Below are positions 48,471 through 58,438 of a stretch of DNA of 64,000 nt, in pieces. Numbering within the stretch: the first letter of the stretch is position 1; each line of letters starts with the position of its first letter. Below the pieces are notes generated by a model. That model made no database searches, was not told the origin of the DNA, and worked only from the letters and a program-made list of their open reading frames with translations. Both the position numbers and the translations under genes were made by a program. This DNA comes from Candidatus Bathyarchaeia archaeon (GTDB lineage: Archaea > Thermoproteota > Bathyarchaeia > Bathyarchaeales > Bathycorpusculaceae): contig JAVYWL010000003.1 in NCBI GenBank assembly GCA_038727135.1, forward strand, positions 32,001 to 96,000. The letters are read 5' to 3'.

Positions 48471-49613
48471 CTATAATTTCCAGTCTATTTTATGATCCTT
48501 AAAGAAGATTCCAGCAATTATGCCGGCAAAAAGGACAATAAAGGATAGGGGCTGATAAAAAAAGTAGTACGTCATGAATTCGGCGATACTGAATTGAAAT
48601 CCAAGCTTCTTTGAGGCTATATAAAAAATTGTTGAGAACATAATGAAGCCTAAAAAGAAGTTTGTCAAGGCTGTAAACAAAATTGTGGTCAATGAGGGAG
48701 GCAGCACAGGCACACTTGTAAGGTTCAATTGAGATGCTAAAGCTTTCGGGATAAAGTTGAACAGTTGGGCGTCTGGGAAAAAGGAGCAGACATAATTAAA
48801 AAGTATGAGGGCAACTGTTGGGAAAAGCATGAGGGAGCATGGAAAAGCTATGTATGGATACTTAGCAATAGATCTGACAACCTTTCCCCCATGGGCTTTA
48901 ATCCATATTCCCGTCCCGATACCCCACCTCTTCCTCTGAGCTAACCAACTTCTCCACCCTGAAGGAGCCTTCGTATAAACTTCAGCCTTGTTAGTAAACT
49001 TAAACCGCTTATTTCGATAGAAAGCCCTCGCCGCCAAGTCAAGGTCTTCTGAAACCACCTTGGCAAATCCTCCAACCTCTTCGAAGGTTTCCCTTTTAAT
49101 GGCGAAGGCTGTACCGCCGACAGCAAAACATTTCTGCACAAGTTTTGAATACAAGAAGCTTGAAAAGTTTGAGCCGACAAACTCGTAATTCACCATTCTA
49201 GATACGAAGGAATCCAGGATAATCTTCTTCTTTATGTCAAGAATGTCCGCATCCTCCATCTCTAAAGCTACAGTTTTTAGAAAATCCCTACATTCGCCGA
49301 GCTTAACATCCGCGTCCAGAAAAAGAAGAATTTCCCCGCTGGAAACCCTAACAGCCTCGTTCAAAGCCCCAACCTTACCTCTTCTGTGACCATTTAAAAT
49401 GAAATGCACCTCGCCACGAAAACGCTCAATAACCCTCTGCACATCAGCCGTAGGTTCATCTATAGTAACAAAAATCTCTTTATTTTGATAAGAGTCATTA
49501 ACCAAACCATCAAGAAGCTCCTCCAGCAAATCCGAGTGCCTATAAACCGGTATAAAAACACTGATTCTTCTATCCTTAGAACTGGACGGGTTGCTGCCTT
49601 GCAAATCGTCCAT
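48471..49613 (-). CDS. Glycosyltransferase family 2 (processive type)
   Basis: GKVGALN, DAD, SEDLD, QRKRW; C-terminal TM helices. Confidence 0.88.
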   Translation of the reverse strand: MDDLQGSNPSSSKDRRISVFIPVYRHSDLLEELLDGLVNDSYQNKEIFVTIDEPTADVQRVIERFRGEVHFILNGHRRGKVGALNEAVRVSSGEILLFLDADVKLGECRDFLKTVALEMEDADILDIKKKIILDSFVSRMVNYEFVGSNFSSFLYSKLVQKCFAVGGTAFAIKRETFEEVGGFAKVVSEDLDLAARAFYRNKRFKFTNKAEVYTKAPSGWRSWLAQRKRWGIGTGIWIKAHGGKVVRSIAKYPYIAFPCSLMLFPTVALILFNYVCSFFPDAQLFNFIPKALASQLNLTSVPVLPPSLTTILFTALTNFFLGFIMFSTIFYIASKKLGFQFSIAEFMTYYFFYQPLSFIVLFAGIIAGIFFKDHKIDWKL

Positions 49614-49853
49614 CCTGCAAAGTCTCCAAACCTATGTTAATAATTCAGCTTTTTTGTTTTACGCATAACTACGTCTTCCAGAATATTCCCAGAAAGAAAT
49701 ATCGCCAAACTAAGCCATCAACAACCTTTTTAGCTCTGCCGAAAACACCAAATTTATGGCTGATTTCAACGCAAATTGGCTAGTCCTCTAAATTCTGTTC
49801 AACCGCATTACAAGACACGAAACAAAACTCACCAGCGCCCTTGATCACAGTAG

Positions 49854-49880
49854 TGGTGGGGTAGCTGGGATTTGAACCCA
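49854..49880 (-). repeat. tRNA 3'-end duplicate, probable att site
   Basis: Reverse complement TGGGTTCAAATCCCAGCTACCCCACCA = T-arm, acceptor 3' strand and CCA, with no 5' half. Confidence 0.8.
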
Positions 49881-50078
49881 AAATAGCGACGGATGGAGAT
49901 ATCTCCCGCAAAATCCCCTCTTTTTCTATTCACAACATTTTTGAAAGTTTAATTTTTGTTTTTTATTTTATAGCACAAACAGAAACAGAGAATGGAATAA
50001 CGCATCCCTTAAGATTAAGTTTAGTTTTCTCGAGTTTAGATAATGTCAGTGATCTATGAGTTAGAATGTAATGACTGT

Positions 50079-50623
50079 TCACGTAGACATATAGATGCCT
50101 AACGTTACATTTGCATTTAACTGGACAGCGATAAAATCTGGTAATCGCACGAAGCTAAAGAATCCTATCCATAACTTTAGAGCTACAACTTGATATGTTT
50201 TTACTGTGAGTTATAAGTGTTATAGACAATGTAGCGGTCTTGCCACTAAAAGCCACCATTAGGTACACTCCATCCAATACCTATTGATGCGTTGCCGCCA
50301 ACATCTAGTGCAATTGTTATTCGTTCATAGCCTTCTACATTGAAGCAACGCCAAACTGAAGGTACTCCTCCGGGAAGGGCGACGTGAAATCTTTCGCCGT
50401 ACATATATGTTGTGTGAATTATTTTTACGTTTTTTGTTGAGTTTCCTCTTGTACTGAATGCCGAAACCGCCATAACTGTGTCTGTCATGCTTATTTCTCC
50501 ATTATCGTCGTAGTCAAGCCATGGATCATTCCTGACAATTTGCTGCATAGACACCGAAGAGAAAGCCAAAGTTAACAGGATGGAGCTGATCAAAATTGTA
50601 ACTGCAAGCTGTTTCCTATTCAT
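50079..50623 (-). pseudogene. Secreted dockerin-like protein, disrupted
   Basis: Signal peptide and DPWLDYDDNGEISMTD; TAG at 50246, then a plausible coding tail in another frame (TVKTYQVVALKLWIG...VTLGIYMST*). Confidence 0.55.
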
Positions 50624-50701
50624 AAGGCTTTATCACTTTTTCCTTCTAATCTATCATTTTCAATCATCTTTAAAAAAGAAAAAGGAAGTGTTGAAAAATG
50701 T

Positions 50702-52879
50702 TTAAGGTGAAGATGGAGGCGGCGGTGGTGGCTGCCATGGCGGGCTTGTTTTTCCGAAGTATTTGCAGACGAAGCCTAGGTCTTTGGCGTCTACTTTGCG
50801 GTCGTTGTTGACGTCTGCTCTGAAGCACCATCTTGGGTGCATGTTTGGGCATGGAGTGGAGCCGAAGGCTTTGCCTACTACACCAATATCTTTGGCATCT
50901 ACTTTGCCGTCATAGTTGGTGTCGCATGGTAAATAGTGGCATATCGGCTGTGGCGGCGTAATGTCGTATAATGCGTGGGGGACATAATACCATTTCCATA
51001 GGTTGTAGGCGTATATTCCGCGAAATACCGGATTATAATACCAATCTACTACCCAGTCTCGTTCCCAATGACGTCTCAGCGGTTGGCTTATTGGCACGCT
51101 TGGACAATCCTCGACAGCAAGCAACTGAATATTAAGGTATATTAGGGCCCTCTCCAATCCATCTTTTACTTTAACACCTTTCTCTATAAGTTCATCCATT
51201 GTTGGGTTACAATATCCCTGATAAGCAGCCATCCCCATTTTACTATGATAGAAATTGCTAGCAAAGTCGTGTGGATCTGCATAGCAAAATGTATATCCGA
51301 AAATAAAGAGCGGAGCCCATTTATTTTTTATCGCCCTGAAATATTCTGGAACAGGTAAGGCTACAATATTAACATGGAACTTTGGATTAAGCGCTTCAAT
51401 GTTTTCTTTAATGATCTCTGCAGCTATTCTTCTCGGCTCATTTCCCGTATTATACAGTATTGTTATTGTGAAGCCTGTCCGCCACACGCTTGCCGCTTGA
51501 AATTCCTCTATAGCCTTTGTTAGGTTGTAGGTGTAGCCTTGCACTGGAGCGTAGTAAGGCAAGCATGGGACGATAGCTGTTGGAGGTGCTATAGCCTCAC
51601 CTGCATAGGCTTGCTGTAGAAATCTTTGATAGTCGAATGCGTAGGCAAAGCCTTTCCTAATATGCGAGTAGTTAAAGAAGTCTCTTGGAATACCATCCTC
51701 GCTCCACCATCCTGGAGGATATATTATACCATAAGGGGTTTCTGGATTAACATCAAAAACATAAAATATGGCTTCCACGGCAAGTTCAGGCAGTGGATAC
51801 ATAAATCTCACTCCTGGTTTCTGATAAAATTCAGTTGCGCTAATACCTGGTATATCGATTGATCCGTTAAGGAACCCTTGAATAATTTCTTCCTTTGTCA
51901 AGCCCCATTTTACAGTGAAGGATGTAACCCAACCAGCCGGTTTGGTGCCAAAACATGCAGGGAAGTCCGCTGGCCATCCTCTCCAGTAATCATAGTTTAT
52001 AACAACCCTCCAGTATCTCTCCGGTTCGGATATCGTATCTAACATGAATGGCCCTGTCCCACACATAACTGGGTATGGTTCGTCTAGAGGAGATGTTGGC
52101 AAGTGATGGTAATTTATCCAATCAGTATAGTCGCCCCATTCGCCACCCCATTCCTTCCGGTTAAGCCATCCGATCACGTATTCGTTTATCCAAGCTTTGC
52201 TCAATATGCTTGAGTATGGCTGGCATAAAATCTGTAGGAATGGCGGATATATTGCTGGGAAAACAAAGTTGAACCAGACATGAGTAGCATTTGACTCAAC
52301 AGCGTGATCTATGGCCTTTCCAACGTTAATAATGCCCTCAGGTGTGCTGAGGTTAAATTGTGGACCATATTTTATGAGGTCTTCAGCTCCGGAAGCGTTT
52401 AGGAGAGGGGTGTAAATAGTCCACGCTAGCCCTTCATCGTAAACCATGACACGCTCAAAAGTGTACTCAACATCCTCAGGTTTAAGCGGATAGTAATGCA
52501 ATTCAATGTCACGGAAGTACACTCCAGTCCTTATTTCAAAGATGTACCTATAGAACCACGGCAACCCTTCAGGACTAACGCTTCCTGTAATGTTCTCAAC
52601 AACCCATTTTGTCGCAAGCTGAGGCATAATATGATCGGATGTAACCCTTTCGCCGTCATAGAACAACAAAGTCTCATAGATATTAAAAATTAGCTCAGCA
52701 CTTGCATCATCAAAACACCGCGCTGGATCAACCGTTTCAGGCCCATCAATGGTTCCCTTAATGAGATGGTAGACCTCATTAATTGGAGGAAATGCATACG
52801 CCGGAATAATGCTAAAAACGTTTAGGCTTACTGTTATGACAGTTATCCAAAAAATACCCACCAACAATTTTCTCCTCAT
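50702..52879 (-). CDS. Family 5 ABC substrate-binding protein with C-terminal dockerin domain
   Basis: DPA...NIYETL, CGTGPF, RKGFAYAFDY; duplicated DxNxDxKVDAKD; start at MRRKLL behind GGAGGAG. Confidence 0.88.
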   Translation of the reverse strand: MRRKLLVGIFWITVITVSLNVFSIIPAYAFPPINEVYHLIKGTIDGPETVDPARCFDDASAELIFNIYETLLFYDGERVTSDHIMPQLATKWVVENITGSVSPEGLPWFYRYIFEIRTGVYFRDIELHYYPLKPEDVEYTFERVMVYDEGLAWTIYTPLLNASGAEDLIKYGPQFNLSTPEGIINVGKAIDHAVESNATHVWFNFVFPAIYPPFLQILCQPYSSILSKAWINEYVIGWLNRKEWGGEWGDYTDWINYHHLPTSPLDEPYPVMCGTGPFMLDTISEPERYWRVVINYDYWRGWPADFPACFGTKPAGWVTSFTVKWGLTKEEIIQGFLNGSIDIPGISATEFYQKPGVRFMYPLPELAVEAIFYVFDVNPETPYGIIYPPGWWSEDGIPRDFFNYSHIRKGFAYAFDYQRFLQQAYAGEAIAPPTAIVPCLPYYAPVQGYTYNLTKAIEEFQAASVWRTGFTITILYNTGNEPRRIAAEIIKENIEALNPKFHVNIVALPVPEYFRAIKNKWAPLFIFGYTFCYADPHDFASNFYHSKMGMAAYQGYCNPTMDELIEKGVKVKDGLERALIYLNIQLLAVEDCPSVPISQPLRRHWERDWVVDWYYNPVFRGIYAYNLWKWYYVPHALYDITPPQPICHYLPCDTNYDGKVDAKDIGVVGKAFGSTPCPNMHPRWCFRADVNNDRKVDAKDLGFVCKYFGKTSPPWQPPPPPPSSP

Positions 52880-53323
52880 TTCTCCTCCCAATAATAATGA
52901 GAACTTAAAAGAGAATATAAATTTTTCATGAAAATTTTCGTGTAAAAGGAAGGCGAGAATAGTTACCTTTAAGTTGCCAACTAGAAGAGGGGAGGGCTGA
53001 AGTTTAAGCCTTATCTTAAGGGTTTTCATGATCTTCAGCACGGAAAATTTAGCAACAATTGAAAGTGGTGTTTGACTGCCCCCAGTTATCATCGTGGAAA
53101 TGAAAATAGCTGAATCAAAAATATTAAAGAATGGCTTAAAAAGGCAAATATAAGCGAAAGACCACCACTTCAATTTTCATGAAGCTTTAGCACTCGAGCC
53201 GATTATTTCAAACATAATTTGCATGTGGTTTATAGTGAAATATCTTGGCGATTATCGTGGAAAAACCCTCATCCACGTTTTGGCTCAATTATAGTAAAAC
53301 AGGTAAGTTGAAGTTATATGTAG

Positions 53324-53575
53324 TTATATTGAGTAAAATGATGAAATTCTGCGCCTTATTCTTCTACGGCTAAGCCTGTAACTCGCAAATATTTTTAAGA
53401 GCTGACTATCGGGGATTCTTAAATGTCCTGAAGGCAGCTTTATACACGCTATTAAGCCCTTCTTAATCCATCTGTATATGGTTTGGTCTGTCACGCCAAG
53501 CATATTCGCAACTTGCCTAACCTTATAGTAGGAAGGGTAACGTCTATCCATTCGCCATCCTTCCAAGTAATACAA
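53324..53575 (-). CDS. Excisionase-like HTH (MerR/HTH_17)
   Basis: VRQVANMLGVTDQTIYRWIKKG...LPSGHLRIP. Confidence 0.82.
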   Translation of the reverse strand: MYYLEGWRMDRRYPSYYKVRQVANMLGVTDQTIYRWIKKGLIACIKLPSGHLRIPDSQLLKIFASYRLSRRRIRRRISSFYSI

Positions 53576-53690
53576 GTTTAACCTTCATTTAAACTTTAAA
53601 CGCCTCCAAAACGCCTTTCAGCTTCGAATTTCAGCCTTTTCCGCGCGAAGTTTAATATTTTCATGCTTCTTTAACGTTAATTGGATAAAT

Positions 53691-53914
53691 ATGCCTCCAG
53701 ACGAATACATGAGCATTTGGATATGCTGCTTTTCGGTAAACGCTACAGCTGGCTCCATAGGTGGATGGATGAGCCATGGCGAAGCATGGGCAAAAAGCAT
53801 AGGCAATTGCGACACGACCCATACAGAACGCCTATACAAGCCTTTGTCCTCTCCGGGGGAGATTGGAAAGCGTATGCATCAGCATTATACCATATCATGT
53901 TGGATAAACTTTTA
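53691..53914 (+). pseudogene. His-rich small protein, 5' part, interrupted by the Cas1 element
   Basis: RRIHEHLD...LHRWMD...HRQLRHD...HIMLDK; frame continues after the element at 60527-60592; ATG 53691 is one base out of frame. Confidence 0.7.
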
Positions 53915-54032
53915 ATCTTTTTCTCTCTCTCTTTACCCTTATACCCCTACACACACCTATTAAATAAACAAAAAAATAAACAAACAATCCATCAATTAAT
54001 CAGTCAATCAGTTAATTAATCAAACAAAAACA
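53915..54032 (+). repeat. Left terminal inverted repeat and subterminal motifs
   Basis: ATCTTTTTCTCTCTCT (53915-53930); AATCAAACAAAAACA (54018-54032). Confidence 0.85.
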
Positions 54033-54151
54033 TAAAGCCTCAATACAAGTTGGAAAGCAGAGGACGGAATCAAAAAGCGTATCGGTTGCCTTAAAAGGGA
54101 ATTCCAATAGGACAGTTGACTGGAAAAAGCGTGTTTAAAGCTCTCTAAGTT

Positions 54152-55702
54152 TTAAAATGGGGTGTTCAGCTGATCCGGCGACACATGGAGATCGAGAGTT
54201 GTAAAAGCGATAATTGGTTGCCTTAAAGCTTGCGTTTCATAAGTGTTGTATTTTTCAATGAATGAAGCTGTTATGGCGTCATACTCTTGTGCAATTAGTA
54301 TGGGTTCAACAGCCATGAATTTTTCTTCTGCATTGTTTACTTCTTTATAGAGATACTCCATGAACTTAGTAAGCTCTTTTGGTGTACATTTTTTGTGGAC
54401 TTTGTATATTAGAACTCGCCCTATTGGGCTCTTTGAGCTATCATGCTGGAAATATTTTTGCAAGATAATTACATCTTTTTCTTGTAATGAAATCTCTACG
54501 GTGATTTTTGGTTTGCTTACTCGCATTATTGTGTAATAGAAATTAGATGGATCAGACCAGACATTGGAGATGTCGGTCGCTATTTTTGGGTAAATCTTAA
54601 AGGCAATATATGTAGGTTTTGATAATGTCTGGAGTTCAAAGTCTGCATCAGTTCCATTAGAAGTAGGTGTATATTTAAGGAGACGCACTTCTTCCCATGG
54701 AATAATTGTGTTTCTAAGGAAGCAATAATCTACTAGGTCTGTTGCGAATTTTTGAGCAATAAGACATGCAGAGAAAATATGATGTGCATTGTCTGATTTG
54801 GTAGTTCTAATTCTAAGGATCTCTTGATAATGTAATAGTTGGATTAGGTCTTTGATTTCAGCTTTATCTTTCTTCGCCTCGATAATAGTTATTGTCTTCT
54901 TTGATTTTTGATAGCCTATACATAGTAAGTCAACAGGCTTTCTTGCTGTTGATCCGACAAAAGTTTGTATCAAAAAGTCATACTCGTTATTTTTACAAGC
55001 CGGAATAAATTGAATAAAATTAGGATCTGCTCGCCCTAATTTATATGCAACTACTGCTTTGACCGGGAACTCGATTTCACCTACCCGTTTTATGTAATTT
55101 TTGAGCGGGAAACCGCTAAGCTTTAGAGGTTTGAACTCAATGGTTTGTTTTGTATGCTGTGTCGAAAATTCTCTATAAAGTAGTTTTATTATTTCCTGTG
55201 CATCTTCCCGTGTGATTGTTTTTACGGCATGGGCAGCCCCACGTTCTTCTCTTTCTAATGTTAAAATTGAGCGTATTATGCCCGCCTCTACGGCTGCATA
55301 AAATTGACTAACAGTTATATTAGCGTCGTTTTTACATAAGTCCGAATGCTCAGGGTGAGGTTCAAAACAAAATCTGTAGGGGTAAACAAAGTTCTCCGAT
55401 TTCCATATTCTTTGGTCGTTGTAAAACGGCTCTTCACGGACTCTATAAACACCATGGATCGTGCTCTCCTGCTTTTCCCTAAGTACATGGAAAAACACAA
55501 CATCTCCCTTTCGCATGCCGATAAGATCCTCTATTATTGACTGCACAGTGTTTGATCCTGCATCGAAATATTGAATTTCCCCTTTCCTTTCACTACCCTC
55601 TCTATTTCCGTATACTCCTATGTAACGGCTAATTTCCCAGTCTCCTTCAGAGATCTGACAAAGGAAAGCACGATCGCTCAAATAATTCCCTCCATTATTC
55701 AA
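54152..55702 (-). CDS. EVE/PUA-like domain fused to a PD-(D/E)xK nuclease; probable restriction endonuclease
   Basis: MRKGDVVFF...GVYRV...YPYRF (EVE-like); PVDLL...IIEAKK...QLLHY. Confidence 0.65.
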   Translation of the reverse strand: MNNGGNYLSDRAFLCQISEGDWEISRYIGVYGNREGSERKGEIQYFDAGSNTVQSIIEDLIGMRKGDVVFFHVLREKQESTIHGVYRVREEPFYNDQRIWKSENFVYPYRFCFEPHPEHSDLCKNDANITVSQFYAAVEAGIIRSILTLEREERGAAHAVKTITREDAQEIIKLLYREFSTQHTKQTIEFKPLKLSGFPLKNYIKRVGEIEFPVKAVVAYKLGRADPNFIQFIPACKNNEYDFLIQTFVGSTARKPVDLLCIGYQKSKKTITIIEAKKDKAEIKDLIQLLHYQEILRIRTTKSDNAHHIFSACLIAQKFATDLVDYCFLRNTIIPWEEVRLLKYTPTSNGTDADFELQTLSKPTYIAFKIYPKIATDISNVWSDPSNFYYTIMRVSKPKITVEISLQEKDVIILQKYFQHDSSKSPIGRVLIYKVHKKCTPKELTKFMEYLYKEVNNAEEKFMAVEPILIAQEYDAITASFIEKYNTYETQALRQPIIAFTTLDLHVSPDQLNTPF

Positions 55703-56513
55703 TTAGCTTCTTTTGCAGTATGTTAGCTTCTTCGATGAGTCTTCTTTTTGCAATTTCACAATAATTCCTGTCTATTTCTACTCCTATTCCTTTCCTTTTA
55801 AGAAGTGCACATGCTACTAAAGTGGTTCCACTACCGAGAAATGGATCAAGCACGGTATCCCCTACAAAGCTGAACAGTTTGATACATCTTTTTGGAAGTT
55901 CAAGAGGGAATGGTGAGGGATGATGCACTCTTTCAGGATTTTCACCTGAAAATGTCCATACGCCGTTAGTCCAATCAATAAACTCATCTTTTGTTATATC
56001 CGAGATTCCATTTTTCATTTTTTTCCACTGATGTTTGTAGAGCACTACTACGACCTCAACCGGTGCTATAACATATGGTGCTGAAGCGCTAAGCCATGAT
56101 CCCCATGCAGTTCTTCTAGATATGTTCTGTTCATTCCATATTATCGTTGAGAAATACTTCCATCCTAATTTTTTGGCAATGCTAACAATATCTAAGTAAA
56201 CACTTTGAAAACCTTCATCCCTTCTCCCTTTGCTTTTGTCGAGTGGTATGTTTAAACACATTCTGCCATCGGGTTTTATTAACTCTAAAGCTTTCTGAAG
56301 CCATTTTTCAGTGAATTCAAGGTACTTTTCATATGGAATATCATCTCTAAAAGATCCATAATGGATATCAACGTTATAAGGAGGAGACGTAACGATCAAA
56401 TCTATGGTATTTTTATGTATAAAATCCGTTGTCAGAAAATCGTCGTTTAAAATTATTATTTCATCATTTTTTCTGAAGAATACTTTTTCGTGCTGTACCC
56501 GAAGCTCTTCCAA
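55695..56513 (-). CDS. Site-specific DNA methyltransferase, N4-C/N6-A, beta class
   Basis: TSPPYN (motif IV) before DPFLGSGTT (motif I); HPSPFP. Confidence 0.93.
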   Translation of the reverse strand: MEELRVQHEKVFFRKNDEIIILNDDFLTTDFIHKNTIDLIVTSPPYNVDIHYGSFRDDIPYEKYLEFTEKWLQKALELIKPDGRMCLNIPLDKSKGRRDEGFQSVYLDIVSIAKKLGWKYFSTIIWNEQNISRRTAWGSWLSASAPYVIAPVEVVVVLYKHQWKKMKNGISDITKDEFIDWTNGVWTFSGENPERVHHPSPFPLELPKRCIKLFSFVGDTVLDPFLGSGTTLVACALLKRKGIGVEIDRNYCEIAKRRLIEEANILQKKLIE

Positions 56514-56679
56514 TTATTTGTCTCCACACCACACTTTTTCAGTGAATCTATGTTTTTATCGTTAATAATCTTTCTGATACTCATCTAGGTCGCGCTTCCT
56601 TTTCCAGTCATACTTTGCAAGTCCAATGTTTAACTTCAATGAAACATGGTTTTGTTGCAAATATTAGAAGCATGGTCTT

Positions 56680-56895
56680 TTAGCCTTCATAACTTATCTC
56701 CTCATAGAACACATCAAACAACTCACAAGTAACCTTCATTATTTGCACAGCAATCCACATCTCAGCTTCAACGGACAAATTGCAGTGTTCAGCAATCTCC
56801 CTAGCAAGCTGTCGGCTCATGGCTTCAATATCATTCAGCGAAGGCTTCTCTGAACCTTTCATATGCAGTATCCACCACCCGCCTTTCCTCTTCAC
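56680..56895 (-). CDS. Small hypothetical protein
   Basis: Overlapped member of a minus-strand gene run. Confidence 0.45.
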   Translation of the reverse strand: MKRKGGWWILHMKGSEKPSLNDIEAMSRQLAREIAEHCNLSVEAEMWIAVQIMKVTCELFDVFYEEISYEG

Positions 56896-57118
56896 TTAAA
56901 CTTTCATAGTCACGTTTAACTAGCCAACGCACATAATCAGCCTCTCTTAAGCCTCTATACCTAGCCATGACGTGAAAGAGAATACGATCTTCTAAACGAG
57001 TCCACCACATATTCCACCTAATGCCACGCCTCGTAACCTTCCACTTTCCAACACGTTTCACAGGCTTTTCCTTCGCTTTAGCTAAAAGCTGAAAAATGGT
57101 TTTCCAGTCAAGCGACAC
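56831..57118 (-). CDS. Hypothetical protein, RHH-like C-terminus
   Basis: MARYRGLREADYVRWLV resembles a ribbon-helix-helix. Confidence 0.5.
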   Translation of the reverse strand: MSLDWKTIFQLLAKAKEKPVKRVGKWKVTRRGIRWNMWWTRLEDRILFHVMARYRGLREADYVRWLVKRDYESLSEEERRVVDTAYERFREAFAE

Positions 57119-57679
57119 CTACTTCACCATCCTTCCAAGGGCGACCCTCTTCTTAACGAAACGCTCATGTTCAACCTTCAACCTAACATAGGCTTCATGC
57201 CACTCCCGCTCCCAATATTCAACCCTACGCCTAGAAGCCTCAACACGCTTCAAAATCCACGCCTCAACCTCACGCCATTCCTCTTCAGACCATTCCTCTT
57301 CAAAAGCCTGAGCACGCACACGCTTGTAATAACGCTCCCATTCTTCTAATCTATCCTTGTTATAGGCTCTACGTTGAGCACAATAATACACACGCCTATA
57401 AAGCTGGTCGATAAGCTGTTTCTCCCTAATATACTCCTCTAGGGTGACAGGCACTTCTGGTATGCCTAGCCTTTCAGCCTCAACCTTCAAGGCTTGAATT
57501 TGTTTTTGAGAGCCAACCCACTTCCTTCCAGCCCAGTGGCTGAAAGCAGTCAATAACTGCTGGAAAGATGTAATCTTTGAAACATCAACTACCTGCTCAA
57601 ACCTCTGAAACGCCTCAGGAAACTTGTCCACCCTTAACCACCACTCCACGCTTTTCCAAGCCAGTGTCATACAAAACAA
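57119..57679 (-). CDS. Hypothetical coiled-coil protein
   Basis: E/R/W-rich helical ORF; the start may be the internal GTG (VDKFPEAF). Confidence 0.55.
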   Translation of the reverse strand: MFCMTLAWKSVEWWLRVDKFPEAFQRFEQVVDVSKITSFQQLLTAFSHWAGRKWVGSQKQIQALKVEAERLGIPEVPVTLEEYIREKQLIDQLYRRVYYCAQRRAYNKDRLEEWERYYKRVRAQAFEEEWSEEEWREVEAWILKRVEASRRRVEYWEREWHEAYVRLKVEHERFVKKRVALGRMVK

Positions 57680-58136
57680 GAACCACTTTGTCTGGGAATG
57701 TGGTTGGCTCGTAGCCCTCCAAGTAGCCTACCACTTGTTGAGGTGGTCTGCCAACTTTATTGCTTGTTCTTAAAGTGGCTTGTCCACGCCTAACAGTCCA
57801 CCAGAAAAAGTTCCAGTCTAAATGTTCAGTGTCAAGTAGAATTTTTAGGTATTCTTTGAATGGGCGTCTGCTGAAGCACCAAGCTCTATAACTGCCTTCG
57901 CAGTCGCTTGTTATGTAGATGTCGCCTAGCCTATACTTGTATTGCACGTCAGCAAGCGTTTGTTTAGCTTGTTCCAATGTGCAGTTTTCCAAATCCCATA
58001 AAATTATGTGTTCATCTTCACCAACTTTGCTTGTCACACCTTCTAGGGTTTGAGTTTTAGAAATCATGAAGAAGACTGTGACGGTGCCAAGCTTGAAAAG
58101 AAAATTCAGTCTAGTCGGCAGTTTCATTAAGGTCAC
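57615..58136 (-). CDS. Small AEP primase-like protein (divergent)
   Basis: HIILWDLE (hhhDhD/E-like), SYRAW at the position of motif II, D...ATLR; fold call is inference. Confidence 0.4.
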   Translation of the reverse strand: MTLMKLPTRLNFLFKLGTVTVFFMISKTQTLEGVTSKVGEDEHIILWDLENCTLEQAKQTLADVQYKYRLGDIYITSDCEGSYRAWCFSRRPFKEYLKILLDTEHLDWNFFWWTVRRGQATLRTSNKVGRPPQQVVGYLEGYEPTTFPDKVVLVLYDTGLEKRGVVVKGGQVS

Positions 58137-58438
58137 CTATTTTTACGCTTTAACAACTCCTTCGCAGTCCTAATGTAGTCGTCCACAGTCATGGGTCTAA
58201 ACAGAATACTTAATTGAAATCTAATGTCGTCTTCAGATATTCCATTTTCTAGCATTTCAGCAACTTTTCTGATGTTTGCTTCTCGCCTCACTGAGCCGTG
58301 TCCACGGTCAAACTGTGTTAAGAATGGCGGGTTGCTTTTTTCTGTGGTTGACGTAGCCTTATCCTTTTCTGCACATTCATCAGAGCAATAAGTCAACCTA
58401 TCGGGGATTTTCTTGCCACAAACTTTGCAGGTCTTCAT
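58133..58438 (-). CDS. Zn-finger (CxxC...YCSxxC) protein with HTH-like tail
   Basis: CKVCGKKI...YCSDEC. Confidence 0.65.
   Translation of the reverse strand: MKTCKVCGKKIPDRLTYCSDECAEKDKATSTTEKSNPPFLTQFDRGHGSVRREANIRKVAEMLENGISEDDIRFQLSILFRPMTVDDYIRTAKELLKRKNR

Noticed and set aside
49854-49880. Functional or split tRNA gene
   Set aside because: Only the T-arm and 3' acceptor strand are present, with no visible splice leader; better explained as an att site
52880-53173. N-terminal 98 aa of the 823-aa ORF
   Set aside because: The RBS and signal peptide point to the start at 52879; the upstream region is AT-rich and promoter-like
53915-54019. C-terminal part of ORF 53681..54019
   Set aside because: It is read-through into the left TIR, not genuine coding sequence
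54041-54058. CAATACAAGTTGGAAAG resembling a CRISPR repeat 3' end
   Set aside because: I found only a single copy, with no periodic repeats
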